Positions 1 through 9,610 of a stretch of DNA of 57,089 nucleotides are shown here, piece by piece. The stretch spans positions 115,117 through 172,205 of the forward strand of contig CAIRYW010000004.1 in NCBI GenBank assembly GCA_903882905.1, given 5' to 3'. Each line of letters starts with the position of its first letter. Positions within the stretch are counted from its first letter, which is position 1. The notes under the pieces were generated by a model. It saw only the letters and a list, made by a program, of their open reading frames with translations. It was not told the origin of the DNA and made no database searches. Both the position numbers and the translations under genes were made by a program. Source of the DNA: an uncultured bacterium. GTDB taxonomy: Bacteria; Patescibacteriota; Minisyncoccia; Phycocordibacterales; CAIRYW01.

Positions 1-284
1 TGTTTTACAAATTCTTCTAAATCTTTTTGTAGATGGTTTCGAACTTTATTTGCATAAGCTTTTCCAGAACCTGTGTCATCTCCGTATGAAAATCCCCCAG
101 GAAAAGCAAGAATTTGATAATTTTTTATTTTCTTTGTGCTGTCAATTAAATCATTAATGTGAACAATATCTGCCTGCCCTCCAGCCAATTCAAAAGCATA
201 TTTTGTTTCTTCTTCGCAGTTTAGTCCGTAGCCAGAGAAAACGAGGACTTTCACTTTATTCTTTTTTGCTTTTTGTTTTTTCAT
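1..284 (-). CDS. purQ: FGAM synthase glutaminase subunit PurQ (5' part only; gene runs off the window start)
   Basis: Not in ORF track (truncated). My translation from ATG at 284-282: MKKQKAKKNKVKVLVFSGYGLNCEEETKYAFELAGGQADIVHINDL...ILAFPGGFSYGDD. This is a PurQ/class-I amidotransferase-like N-terminus. It lies immediately downstream of purL on the same strand. Confidence 0.75.
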   Translation of the reverse strand, partial: MKKQKAKKNKVKVLVFSGYGLNCEEETKYAFELAGGQADIVHINDLIDSTKKIKNYQILAFPGGFSYGDDTGSGKAYANKVRNHLQKDLEEFVK

Positions 285-323
285 TTTGTTTTCTTGAACT
301 TGGGAGCGAAGCTCCCAAGTCAA

Positions 324-3293
324 TTAAAAATCTTTGAATGTTGACTTGTAAGATTTCAGAGCATCTGCAACATTGATATTCACAATTTCATTTTTATTCT
401 TACCAACTATTTTAATTTTTTCATCTTTACTTACTTTGCCAATTAATGTGAACGAATTCCCTTTTAAGGTTTTCTCAAATTTATCTTTATTTTTTGGATT
501 AACACTTGCTAAAATTCTTCCTTGGCTTTCTGAAAACAATGTAAAGTTGTCTGATGTTGTGCTTTTGATTTTTTCAAGAGAAATTTCTGCTCCAAGTTTT
601 CCTGAAATTGAGGATTTAGAAAGTGCTACAACAAGTCCACCTCTACCAATACTAATTGCACTTGCAATAATTCCAGATTCAGTACATTTACTAAACGCTT
701 TGTATAATTTTTTATTTTTTTCTCCATCTACTGCAGGAACATTATTTCCAACATATTCTTTTTTGTCTTCCTCACTAAGCAGTGCAAAATATTCAGAACC
801 GCCCAATTCATTATATGTATCTCCAAGAATATAAATTAAATCGCGAGCAAATTTAAAATCAATTGAAATAGCTTTTGTTGCATCTTTCATAACTCCAATC
901 GATGAAATTAAAAGTGTTGGTGGAATAGAAATTAAAAGAGGTTTTCCATCTTTATCAAAACCTTTAAAGTCATTAAACATGCTGTCTTTTCCTGATATAA
1001 GGGGTGTTCCATAGAGTATAGAGTAGTCAAAACATGCTTTTACAGCCTTTTTGAGCTGATTTAGGCGCACAGGATCAGTAGAACTACACCAACAGAAGTT
1101 ATCAAGCAAAGCTAGATTTTCGATGTCTCCGCCAGCAGCAATTGCTGTTCTAATTGAAGTATCAATACTTGCTGCAGCCATTTTATAACTATCAATTTCA
1201 GAATATGTTGGTGCAAGAGCTGCTGATAAAACAATACCTCTTTTTGAATCTAGTACTGGCTTAAGAACTGCTGCATCTGCATTTACTAATCCTCGTCCTT
1301 GTAAAGGTTTAAGAACTGAACTTGCTTGAACTTCGTGATCGTATTGATTTGAAATGAATTCATAACTTGCAATGTTTAATCTCTTCAACATCGAAATTAA
1401 AGTTTTTGAAAGATTTGAATTATTTTGAACCGGTGGTTCTACAAAAACTTTTTTCTCTTCCATTGTCGTAAGTTGTTTTTTAGGAAGTCCGTTATGCAAA
1501 AATTCTAGTTCAACATCCATAATTACTTTTTTATCGAAAGTCACTTTGCACTTTCCAGAATTATTAAATGTTCCAATTACAGTTGCTTCAACACCACGTC
1601 TTTTCATTAATTCATTAAATTTTTCCCATTTACTTTTTGGAACAGACAAAGTCATTCTTTCTTGTGATTCAGAAATCCAAATTTTCCATGGCTCAAGTCC
1701 AGGATATTTAAGTGGAACTTTTTCTAACTCTACAGAGCACCCATTACATTCTTTTGCCATTTCAGCCACAGAACAAGAAATTCCTCCTGCACCGTTGTCT
1801 GTGATACTTGTATAAAGTCCAAGATCACGAGCTTCTTTTACGATTGCATCGCTTAACTTTTTTTGTGTTATTGGATCACCGATTTGAACGGCTGTTGCCG
1901 GACTTCCAGAATCCATTTCTTCAGAAGAAAAAGTTGCGCCATGGATTCCGTCTTGCCCTACACGTCCACCAACCATCACAATGTAATCTCCATTTTTTGC
2001 TTCTTTTTCGGTTGAATCTTTTCCTTTAATTATTCTTGGAATTAAACCAACTGTTCCAGCAAAAACTAAAGGCTTTCCTCTGTAACGGTCGTTAAAGTAA
2101 ACAAAACCCTGTGCAGTTGGAATTCCAGAACAGTTTCCCCCAACGTTAACTCCTGCTATAACTCCATCCATTATTCTTCTTGGAGGAAGCATTTTTTGAG
2201 TTAAATTTTTATCTTTAAAAAGTGGTCGAGTATCTTTTGGGTCTGCCAAACAAAAACCATAAACGTTTGCTATTGGCTTTGCTCCCATTCCAAATCCAAT
2301 TTCATCTCTATTCACACCGACGATTCCTGTAATTGCTCCTCCGAATGGATCTAACGCTGATGGGCTATTGTGGGTTTCAACTTTGTGACTTACTAAATAT
2401 TTATCATCAAAAATAATTGCTCCTGCGTTGTCAGAAAAAACAGAAACACAAAAATCTTTCTTACCTTTTTTCTTTCTTATAATATTTGTAGCTTCCTTTA
2501 TATATGATTTGTATAAACCTTTTTGTATATCATCAATTGGATTTGCAAAAATTGTATGTTTACAATGCTCTGACCAAGTCTGCGCAATTGATTCGAGCTC
2601 AACGTCAGTTGGATTTCTCTTTGTAGATTTAAAATAGGCTTGTATTGCCTTCATAAAATCAAGGTCAAGAGCTAGCGGACCTCGAGACGTTCCATCTTTA
2701 TCGATAATTCCCTGTTTACCAAGTTTTGCTAATTCTTCGTCTGTTATATTTAAATTTATTTCCGTAACTGTAGATTTCGATTCGAGTTTCACTTTTGGTA
2801 CTAGAATTTCTAGTCCATTTTTTTTGAATTCCGTCTCAGGCAGAATGCGTGATTTTTGAATTAGAGGATTGTGAAGCGAGTATGCAATTTTTTCAACTTC
2901 TTCTTTTTTTATTTCTCCAGTTACAAAAAAAATCTGTGAGCTGTATACAGACTCGCCAGATTTAAATTTTTTCTTTAGTAGATCTTCTATTGTTTCTTTG
3001 GTTGTATTTCCAACGTTGTCGGTTACTCCGGGCAAATAACTTACTTCGATAAGCCAATCAAATTTTTTAGGAGCTTCAATCTTATTTACAGAATATTTCT
3101 CAAGAAGTGGATTCGCTAAAATTTCACCTACTTTTTCTAAGTCTTTTTTATTAAGACTGGCATCAATAGTATAAGCATCAGCAATGGAAACACTTTTGTT
3201 TTTTCCTTTCAGTCCAAAACTCTCAAATTGTTTTTCTTTCACCGTCGCTCTGGCGTCTGGTACTTTATAGGAAATCGTTATACGTGAAGGCAT
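324..3293 (-). CDS. purL: Phosphoribosylformylglycinamidine synthase II (PurL) with about 180-aa N-terminal extension resembling two PurS-like repeats
   Basis: 989-aa ORF. The PurL core starts near WSEHCKHTIF, with AIR-synthase-like repeats (GGNCSGIPT, DNGAGGIS, GKDSM). N-terminal residues 1-180 look like 2x PurS (e.g. LPGVTDNVGNTTKETIEDLL...HNPLIQ). Confidence 0.9.
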   Translation of the reverse strand: MPSRITISYKVPDARATVKEKQFESFGLKGKNKSVSIADAYTIDASLNKKDLEKVGEILANPLLEKYSVNKIEAPKKFDWLIEVSYLPGVTDNVGNTTKETIEDLLKKKFKSGESVYSSQIFFVTGEIKKEEVEKIAYSLHNPLIQKSRILPETEFKKNGLEILVPKVKLESKSTVTEINLNITDEELAKLGKQGIIDKDGTSRGPLALDLDFMKAIQAYFKSTKRNPTDVELESIAQTWSEHCKHTIFANPIDDIQKGLYKSYIKEATNIIRKKKGKKDFCVSVFSDNAGAIIFDDKYLVSHKVETHNSPSALDPFGGAITGIVGVNRDEIGFGMGAKPIANVYGFCLADPKDTRPLFKDKNLTQKMLPPRRIMDGVIAGVNVGGNCSGIPTAQGFVYFNDRYRGKPLVFAGTVGLIPRIIKGKDSTEKEAKNGDYIVMVGGRVGQDGIHGATFSSEEMDSGSPATAVQIGDPITQKKLSDAIVKEARDLGLYTSITDNGAGGISCSVAEMAKECNGCSVELEKVPLKYPGLEPWKIWISESQERMTLSVPKSKWEKFNELMKRRGVEATVIGTFNNSGKCKVTFDKKVIMDVELEFLHNGLPKKQLTTMEEKKVFVEPPVQNNSNLSKTLISMLKRLNIASYEFISNQYDHEVQASSVLKPLQGRGLVNADAAVLKPVLDSKRGIVLSAALAPTYSEIDSYKMAAASIDTSIRTAIAAGGDIENLALLDNFCWCSSTDPVRLNQLKKAVKACFDYSILYGTPLISGKDSMFNDFKGFDKDGKPLLISIPPTLLISSIGVMKDATKAISIDFKFARDLIYILGDTYNELGGSEYFALLSEEDKKEYVGNNVPAVDGEKNKKLYKAFSKCTESGIIASAISIGRGGLVVALSKSSISGKLGAEISLEKIKSTTSDNFTLFSESQGRILASVNPKNKDKFEKTLKGNSFTLIGKVSKDEKIKIVGKNKNEIVNINVADALKSYKSTFKDF

Positions 3294-3296
3294 AGT

Positions 3297-3530
3297 TTAC
3301 TCAACATTTGTATTATTCATCTCATCAAGTATTTTCTTTGCTTCAGCAACATCTTTTTCCTCGACAAATACCCCATACTGAACATTGGGATTACTTCCAC
3401 CTCCATATTGTGGATTGGTGTTAAGATTTCCAGCCGGACCAGTGGTTGATTTAATTCCGCTATTTTCAAGACTGCCTTTTATAATAGCAGCCTCAATTTC
3501 GTTTTTTACTAAACTAACCAGAATTCTCAT
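3297..3530 (-). CDS. Small DUF2007-like protein (putative signal-transducing fold)
   Basis: 77-aa ORF with a beta-alpha-beta pattern, MRILVSL..NEIEAAIIKGSLENSGI...VFVEEKDVAEAKKILDE. Packed between purL and the SPFH gene. Confidence 0.45.
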   Translation of the reverse strand: MRILVSLVKNEIEAAIIKGSLENSGIKSTTGPAGNLNTNPQYGGGSNPNVQYGVFVEEKDVAEAKKILDEMNNTNVE

Positions 3531-3542
3531 AAGGTTTTTAAA

Positions 3543-4298
3543 TTAACTCTTTTTATTATCGCTACTAATCATTTTTATTGCTTCACTAACAGTTGGCATA
3601 AATTGTGCTGGGAAAATAATTGTTGAATTTTTTTCTGCACTGATTTCTGCCATTGTCTGAAGAGTTCTCAATTGTAGAGCAACTGGATGAGCAGAAATTA
3701 TATCTGCTGCTTCACCTAGTTTTACCGCTGCCTGAAATTCCCCTTCTGCTGCAACAATTTTTGCTCGTCTCTCTCTTTCTGCCTCGGCCTCTTTTGCCAT
3801 AGCTCTCTGCATATTATCTGGAAGTGTTATGTCTTTAATTTCAACAGCTGTTACCTGAACTCCCCATGGTTCTGTGTGAGAATCTATAACATTTTTTATT
3901 TGCTGATTTATATCAATCGTTTGTGACAAAAGTTGGTCAAGTTGAAATTGTCCAATAACATTTCTAACCGTTGTTTGGCTAATTTGATTTACTGCATTAT
4001 AAACATCCTCAACTGCAACAACTGATTTTTGTGGATCAACGATGTGATAGTAAGCCACTGCAGCGATATCAATTGAGACATTATCTTTAGTAATAATTTT
4101 TTGTGACGGAATAGCCATGGTAACTGTTCGCAAAGTTACTTTTGTCATCATTTCTAAAAGTGGGATAAGAAGGATTAAACCAGGACCCCTAACACCTGTA
4201 CACTTTCCAAGAAAGAAAATAACTCCTCTGTCATATTCTTTTACGACACGGAGTGAGAGTAAAACCAAAACAACAGCTACAATGATGATATAAGCCAT
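3543..4298 (-). CDS. SPFH/band-7 (stomatin/HflC-like) membrane protein
   Basis: 251 aa. N-terminal TM, then [16 protein letters not shown]...[21 protein letters not shown]...[16 protein letters not shown], typical of the SPFH domain. Confidence 0.85.
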   Translation of the reverse strand: MAYIIIVAVVLVLLSLRVVKEYDRGVIFFLGKCTGVRGPGLILLIPLLEMMTKVTLRTVTMAIPSQKIITKDNVSIDIAAVAYYHIVDPQKSVVAVEDVYNAVNQISQTTVRNVIGQFQLDQLLSQTIDINQQIKNVIDSHTEPWGVQVTAVEIKDITLPDNMQRAMAKEAEAERERRAKIVAAEGEFQAAVKLGEAADIISAHPVALQLRTLQTMAEISAEKNSTIIFPAQFMPTVSEAIKMISSDNKKS

Positions 4299-4347
4299 GG
4301 TGTTTAATATTAATTAGTACCTAACCAGTATAGCAAAAATGTAAAAA

Positions 4348-4965
4348 TTACTGCAATTTTGAAAGATAATCAATTATTACTTCTGGGTACAAAACTCTTT
4401 CAACCTCTTTGATTCTTTCGTGGAGAGTTTCTGCAGTGTCACCAGGTAAAATTGGTACTTGTTCCTGAGCCAAAAAATCTCCATCATCGAGCCTTTCTGT
4501 CGCAACATGGATTGTTGTACCAGTAACAGAGTTTCCACTTGCAAGTGCATCTGCGACAGCGTTATCTCCTTTAAATAAAGGTAAAAGTGAGGGGTGAGAA
4601 TTTAAAATTCTATTTTTGTATTTTTCAAAAATTGGAGCAGAAAGAATCGTCATAAAACCAGCCATTGCAACTAAATCTATTTTGTTTTTTTCTAAAACTT
4701 CAATAATTTTATTTGTATACTTTTCGCGATTAAATTTTGAATTGGAGCCGAGAGGAGAGACCTCCAAGAAGGAGGACTCACCTCCTGTCTCCCTAAAATC
4801 AGTTCGTAATACAAGTTCAGTTGGAACATTAAATTTTTTAGCTACCTCATCAATTCCACGACAATGTCTATCAGCCAAAACTAAATCCACTTTAAGACCC
4901 TGCTCAAGCATTGCTTCTAGGAGTGATCCTGTACCAGAAACAAAAACTGCTAGTTTTTTATTCAT
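4348..4965 (-). CDS. purN: Phosphoribosylglycinamide formyltransferase (PurN) with an about 20-aa in-frame insertion
   Basis: The ORF extends to 5001, but MNKKLAVFVSGTGS (ATG 4965) is the canonical PurN start. Contains AGFMTILS...NSHPSLLP...TGTTIHVATERLDDG. The insertion RETGGESSFLEVSPLGSNSK is encoded by a GC-rich repeat (see findings). Confidence 0.85.
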   Translation of the reverse strand: MNKKLAVFVSGTGSLLEAMLEQGLKVDLVLADRHCRGIDEVAKKFNVPTELVLRTDFRETGGESSFLEVSPLGSNSKFNREKYTNKIIEVLEKNKIDLVAMAGFMTILSAPIFEKYKNRILNSHPSLLPLFKGDNAVADALASGNSVTGTTIHVATERLDDGDFLAQEQVPILPGDTAETLHERIKEVERVLYPEVIIDYLSKLQ

Positions 4966-6487
4966 ATTCAATAGTTGAAGGTGGTTTTTGGGTGATATCA
5001 AAAAGCACTCTATTTATTCCTCTAACTTTTCCAACTATGTTGGAAGAAATTTTTTCTAGCAACTCAGTTGGGATTTTGTGCCAATCAGCACTCATTCCAT
5101 CAACTGAATCAACAGCACGAAGAGAAACCATATAATCATAAGTTCGCGAATCACCCATAACTCCAACAGATCTAAGCGGAAGTAAAACTACAAAGGCTTG
5201 CCAAATTTTTTCGTATTCACCGGCTTTCTTAAGTTCTTCAATATAAATTGAATCCGCTTCTCTTAAAATATTTAATCTATCCTCTGTTATATCTCCGACA
5301 ATTCTAATCGCGAGTCCTGGACCTGGGAATGGATGCCGCCAGAGCATGTCATGAGGTAAATTTAAAACAGCTCCAATTTTTCTAACTTCATCTTTATATA
5401 GATCTCTAATTGGTTCAATAATTTTGAATCCAAATTTATCAGGAAGTGTTAAGTTGTGATGGCTTTTAATTTTTGATGCATGTTTTGTTGGTTCTGCAGA
5501 TTCAATTCGGTCTGGATAAATTGTTCCTTGCGCCAAATATTTTATATCGTATTGTTTTAATTGTTTTTTAATTGTATCTTCAAAGACCTCGATAAATGTG
5601 TGGCCAATTATTTTTCTTTTTTGTTCGGGGTCAGTTACACCAGCAAGTCGTCCTAAAAATAATTTGGAAGCATCAACTACATGCAAATCAAATTTTTGTT
5701 TTTTTAGTAACGTTGCAACGCTTGTGACTTCGTTTTTTCTAAGCAGTCCTGGGTCAACAAAAACAGCATGCAGTTGTTTACCGATTGCTTTGTGGAGCAG
5801 TGTAGCAGCCACTAGTGAATCAACACCTCCTGAAATACCCACCAAGACATGGTCTTTTCCGACTTTTTGTTTAATTTCGGTAATAATATTTTTTGAAATA
5901 TCCTCAATTTTCCAATCTTTTGAAACTTTACAAATTCCAAGGACGAAATTTGAAATAATCTTTTTACCATTTTTTGTGTGAGTAACTTCAGGATGAAATT
6001 GGATTGCAAAAAAGTTTTTTGCTTTATGTTTGTATGCTGCAACTTTACACCCAGGAGTTGTAGCAGTTACGATAAAATCTTTTGGTAACTTTTCAACCTG
6101 GTCACCGTGGGAAAACCAAACAATTTCTTCGTCCTTTAATCCTTTAAAAATATTTTCTTTCTGTAAAACACTAAGAATTTCTTTTCCGAATTCCCTGCTT
6201 TTTCCTTTTACAACTTTACCACCAAGCATTTCGGTCATTACTTGGTGTCCATAACAAATTCCTAAAATTGGAATATTCAAATTAAAAATTTCTTTTGCTG
6301 GGCGAGGGCTACCCTTGCTCAAAACTGATGAAGGACCCCCAGAAAAAATGATTCCTTCTGGATTGATTTCTTTTATTCTTTCAGCGGTTACATCGAACGG
6401 CAAAATTTCTGCCTTCACTCCAAGATCTCGCACTCTTCTTGCTATTAAGTGAGCAAATTGGCTTCCAAAATTCAAAATTATTATCAT
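4958..6487 (-). CDS. guaA: GMP synthase (glutamine-hydrolysing)
   Basis: 509 aa. GATase domain (GICYGHQ, FHPE), ATP-PPase motif SGGVDS, and a C-terminal dimerisation domain ending PPSTIEYE. Confidence 0.95.
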   Translation of the reverse strand: MIIILNFGSQFAHLIARRVRDLGVKAEILPFDVTAERIKEINPEGIIFSGGPSSVLSKGSPRPAKEIFNLNIPILGICYGHQVMTEMLGGKVVKGKSREFGKEILSVLQKENIFKGLKDEEIVWFSHGDQVEKLPKDFIVTATTPGCKVAAYKHKAKNFFAIQFHPEVTHTKNGKKIISNFVLGICKVSKDWKIEDISKNIITEIKQKVGKDHVLVGISGGVDSLVAATLLHKAIGKQLHAVFVDPGLLRKNEVTSVATLLKKQKFDLHVVDASKLFLGRLAGVTDPEQKRKIIGHTFIEVFEDTIKKQLKQYDIKYLAQGTIYPDRIESAEPTKHASKIKSHHNLTLPDKFGFKIIEPIRDLYKDEVRKIGAVLNLPHDMLWRHPFPGPGLAIRIVGDITEDRLNILREADSIYIEELKKAGEYEKIWQAFVVLLPLRSVGVMGDSRTYDYMVSLRAVDSVDGMSADWHKIPTELLEKISSNIVGKVRGINRVLFDITQKPPSTIEYE

Positions 6488-6544
6488 ATGGGTTATTAAG
6501 TTTTTCTTAATTTGAGAAACGACTTCTCAAGAGGAAGTCCTTCC

Positions 6545-8047
6545 TCAAATTATTATTGTTTCATCTCTATCTGGTCCGACTGATACAATTCTTGCCTTGC
6601 AATCTGTTTCAGATTCGATAAATGAAATCACAGCTTTTAATTCTTCCGGAAATTGGTTAACCTCTCGCATTTCTCGAATTGATGTAAGCCAACCCTTAAA
6701 TGTTTTGTAAACTGGTTTGCAATATTTTAAAACCTCAAGATCTGGAATAGCAATTTTTATTTGTATTCCCTTTTTTAAAATTTTATTTCCTAAATTAAAA
6801 TCTGGTCCTTCGTATGTGTAAGCATTGCAAATCAAAATATTTTCGCACTCGTCCATCACATCAAGTTTTGTAATAATCAAATCTTTGCTACTAAACTGTG
6901 TTGTGTATCTTAAAAACGGCAAATCAAGCCAACCTGTACGCCTTGGGCGCCCAGTTGTTGCTCCATATTCAAAACCTGCTTTTCTAATTCCAACTCCTTG
7001 AACAAATTCATCTGTTTCATTTACAGACGCATTTGGAAATTTTTCTTTTTCAATATCTTTTGTAATTCCTGCTGTACCACACCACTCTGCTGATTTTGTT
7101 CCTCCGAGTTCTGTTGGAAATGGTCCTTCGCCAACCCTTGTCATATAAGGAGCTTTTACAATTCCCAAAGTTAAATCAACGTCAGACACCTTAAGTCCAA
7201 CTCCCTTTGCAAGTCCTCCGATTGTGCAATCTGAAGCTGTAACGTACGGATATGTTCCGTAATCAATACTAAGTCCTGCACCTTGTGCTCCCTCTAAAAG
7301 AATTTTCTTTTTTCCGAGCGCCTCACGAAGAAATGAATCTGTATCTGTAATCTGGTTTTCCAAAATTTTTCCATATTCCATATAGGCATCAACAATCGCA
7401 TCAAAATTAAAAATTTCTTTTGCATCAAAAAATTTTCCACTACCCAAATGTTTGTGCTTCATAATTTCCTCAATCTGAGCTATATCGTACCCGCGAAGCA
7501 AAGTAGTTTTATCATTCAAATTTTTCTTGAGTTTACGCACAAAAATTTCCTTATTTAAAATATCATTAACTACAAGCCCATTTCGAGAATAGTAGTCAAC
7601 ATAAACTGGACCAATTCCCCTTCCTGTTGTTCCAATTTTACCGTCTGATTTACTTTCTTTAATTCTGTCCATCAGGAGGTGCTGAGGCATAACCAAATGA
7701 GCATTGCGAGAAATCAAAAGATTTTTGTATGTATAACCAGTAGATTTTAGAAGTTCAATTTCTTCCATTATTACTGCTGGATCAAAAGCTGCCCCTGTGC
7801 CAATTATATTTATTTTACCTTCCTTGTCGTAAAGAATTCCTGATGGGATTAAGTGAAAAATATGTTCAGTGTCGCCAAGTTTAATTGTGTGACCAGCATT
7901 TGCTCCTCCAGTTCCTCGAGCAATAATATCTGCCCATGATGCAAAAATATCTACAAATTTTCCTTTGCCAGTGTCACCAAATTGATTACACACAATTCCT
8001 AGTGTATTCACTCCTTCGAGTAATTTATCAATTTGTATTTTATTCAT
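6545..8047 (-). CDS. purA: Adenylosuccinate synthetase (longer than usual, about 500 aa)
   Basis: GDTGKGKFVD, ANAGHT, TTGRGIGP and GATTGRPRR motifs. Extra segment of roughly 35 aa before GATTGRPRR. Confidence 0.92.
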   Translation of the reverse strand: MNKIQIDKLLEGVNTLGIVCNQFGDTGKGKFVDIFASWADIIARGTGGANAGHTIKLGDTEHIFHLIPSGILYDKEGKINIIGTGAAFDPAVIMEEIELLKSTGYTYKNLLISRNAHLVMPQHLLMDRIKESKSDGKIGTTGRGIGPVYVDYYSRNGLVVNDILNKEIFVRKLKKNLNDKTTLLRGYDIAQIEEIMKHKHLGSGKFFDAKEIFNFDAIVDAYMEYGKILENQITDTDSFLREALGKKKILLEGAQGAGLSIDYGTYPYVTASDCTIGGLAKGVGLKVSDVDLTLGIVKAPYMTRVGEGPFPTELGGTKSAEWCGTAGITKDIEKEKFPNASVNETDEFVQGVGIRKAGFEYGATTGRPRRTGWLDLPFLRYTTQFSSKDLIITKLDVMDECENILICNAYTYEGPDFNLGNKILKKGIQIKIAIPDLEVLKYCKPVYKTFKGWLTSIREMREVNQFPEELKAVISFIESETDCKARIVSVGPDRDETIII

Positions 8048-8063
8048 CCAGTTTAAAATTTAT

Positions 8064-9554
8064 TTATTGTAAAATATCGTGAGGATGTGATTCGCGAAGA
8101 CCAGAATGCGTTATTCTGTGAAAATCTGCTTTTTCTTGTAAAGTAGAAACTGAATCTGCTCCAACATACCCCATGCCACTTCGGAGACCTCCAATATATT
8201 TGTGCAACACATCAGAAACTTTTCCTTGATATGTGACAAATCCTTCAACTCCTTCTGGAACTAATTTATCAATGGCAGCATCTCCTTGGCGATATCTTTC
8301 TCGAGAAGCTCTGCTTGATTGCATTGCGCCAAGTGAACCCATCCCTCGATACATTTTTATTCTTCCGTCAGGTGTATCACGAACTTCTCCGGGAGTTTCT
8401 TCTGTTCCTGCAAGCATTCGTCCAAGCATTACACAATCGGCACCCGCACCAAGGGCAATTGGAATATCTCCAGAGGTTGTAATACCCCCATCAGCACAAA
8501 CTGGAATTCCTGTACCTCTAAGTGCTTTTGCACAATTGTAAACTGCAGTGACTTGAGGACATCCGATTCCAGCAACAATTCGCGTTGTGCAAATTGAGCC
8601 TGGACCTTGTCCAACTTTTACTCCATCTGCTCCAGCATCAACTAATCTTTTTGCTGATTCACCCTCTGAAACATTTCCAACAACTACATCAATTTTTGGA
8701 TATTTTTCTTTAATAGTTTTTAGCGTAGTGTAAACATTTTTTGAATCACCATGTGCTGTGTCTATTACCAAAACATCACAACCGGCTTCAGATAAAAGGC
8801 CAGCGCGAACTAATGCGTCGTCGCCAGTACCAATTGCGGCACCAACTCGAAGATGTCCATCTTTGTCTGTGTTGTAAAGTGAAGCTGTGCCTTTTAATAA
8901 TCTTGAAACGTCTGCAAATGTATAAACACCAGCAAGTTCATTTTTCTCATTGATTAAAGGGAGGACTCCCTTTTTTGCATCATTCATTATTTTGTGAGCT
9001 TGCTCCAAAGTAGTTCCAGCAGGTGCTGTCAAAATTTTTCCGATTGGTGTCATGACATCTTTTGCGAGTGATGTATTATCACTACAATGCAAGAAATCAG
9101 TGCGAGTTAAAATTCCCGCAAGTTTTCCATCACTATTTACAACCGGAAAAGTATGAAATCTATAATTTTTTTCGTTTCTTAATTTTTCAATTGCTCCAAT
9201 ACTGTCTTCTTCATTAACAAAAATTGGTTTATCAATTAAACCATTTAAATGTAATTTAACTCTTCGAACTTGTGAGGCTTGAACCTCAGGTGTAAGCGCT
9301 TTATGAATTATTCCCAAGCCACCAAGTTTTGCCATTGCGATTGCCATTTCTTCTTCTGTGACTGTATCCATTGCAGCACTAACAACTGGGCAATTTAAAG
9401 TTATATTTTTTGAAAATTTAGTTTTTATTGAAACGAGTCCTGGGTCAACCTCTGAAAAACCTGACTTTAAGCGAACGTCATCATAAGTAAGGGCAAGACC
9501 AGCGACTTCCATTTTTACAAAAAAGTCGTCTTTTTTTAGTTTCTTATCGTTCAT
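8064..9554 (-). CDS. guaB: IMP dehydrogenase
   Basis: 496 aa. CBS pair inserted in a TIM barrel, catalytic loop [17 protein letters not shown]. Confidence 0.95.
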   Translation of the reverse strand: MNDKKLKKDDFFVKMEVAGLALTYDDVRLKSGFSEVDPGLVSIKTKFSKNITLNCPVVSAAMDTVTEEEMAIAMAKLGGLGIIHKALTPEVQASQVRRVKLHLNGLIDKPIFVNEEDSIGAIEKLRNEKNYRFHTFPVVNSDGKLAGILTRTDFLHCSDNTSLAKDVMTPIGKILTAPAGTTLEQAHKIMNDAKKGVLPLINEKNELAGVYTFADVSRLLKGTASLYNTDKDGHLRVGAAIGTGDDALVRAGLLSEAGCDVLVIDTAHGDSKNVYTTLKTIKEKYPKIDVVVGNVSEGESAKRLVDAGADGVKVGQGPGSICTTRIVAGIGCPQVTAVYNCAKALRGTGIPVCADGGITTSGDIPIALGAGADCVMLGRMLAGTEETPGEVRDTPDGRIKMYRGMGSLGAMQSSRASRERYRQGDAAIDKLVPEGVEGFVTYQGKVSDVLHKYIGGLRSGMGYVGADSVSTLQEKADFHRITHSGLRESHPHDILQ

Positions 9555-9610
9555 AAAAATAGTTTACATTATTTTAGGAATTTTGGAAACATTTCAGCCT
9601 AATTATTTCA

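Noticed and set aside
373-2637. Antisense ORFs inside purL, and analogous antisense ORFs inside guaA, guaB, clpB, topA, gyrA, infB and others.
   Set aside because: They are low-complexity, Ser/Phe/Leu/Ile-rich mirror translations of AT-rich genes. Each is fully nested in a gene with clear motifs.
4966-5001. N-terminal 12-codon extension of purN (MISPKNHLQLLN).
   Set aside because: It lies within the guaA coding sequence. The canonical PurN N-terminus (MNKKLAVFVSGTGS) starts at the internal ATG at 4965.
6511-6550. GC-rich hairpins (gaggaagtccttcctc at 6531-6546, and ggaagtccttcc at about 33044) as further members of the purN/topA repeat family.
   Set aside because: They share only the generic GGA(A/G)G...C(T/C)TCC palindrome style, not the 15+13-nt blocks. 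They are probably ordinary terminators or RBS-proximal structures.
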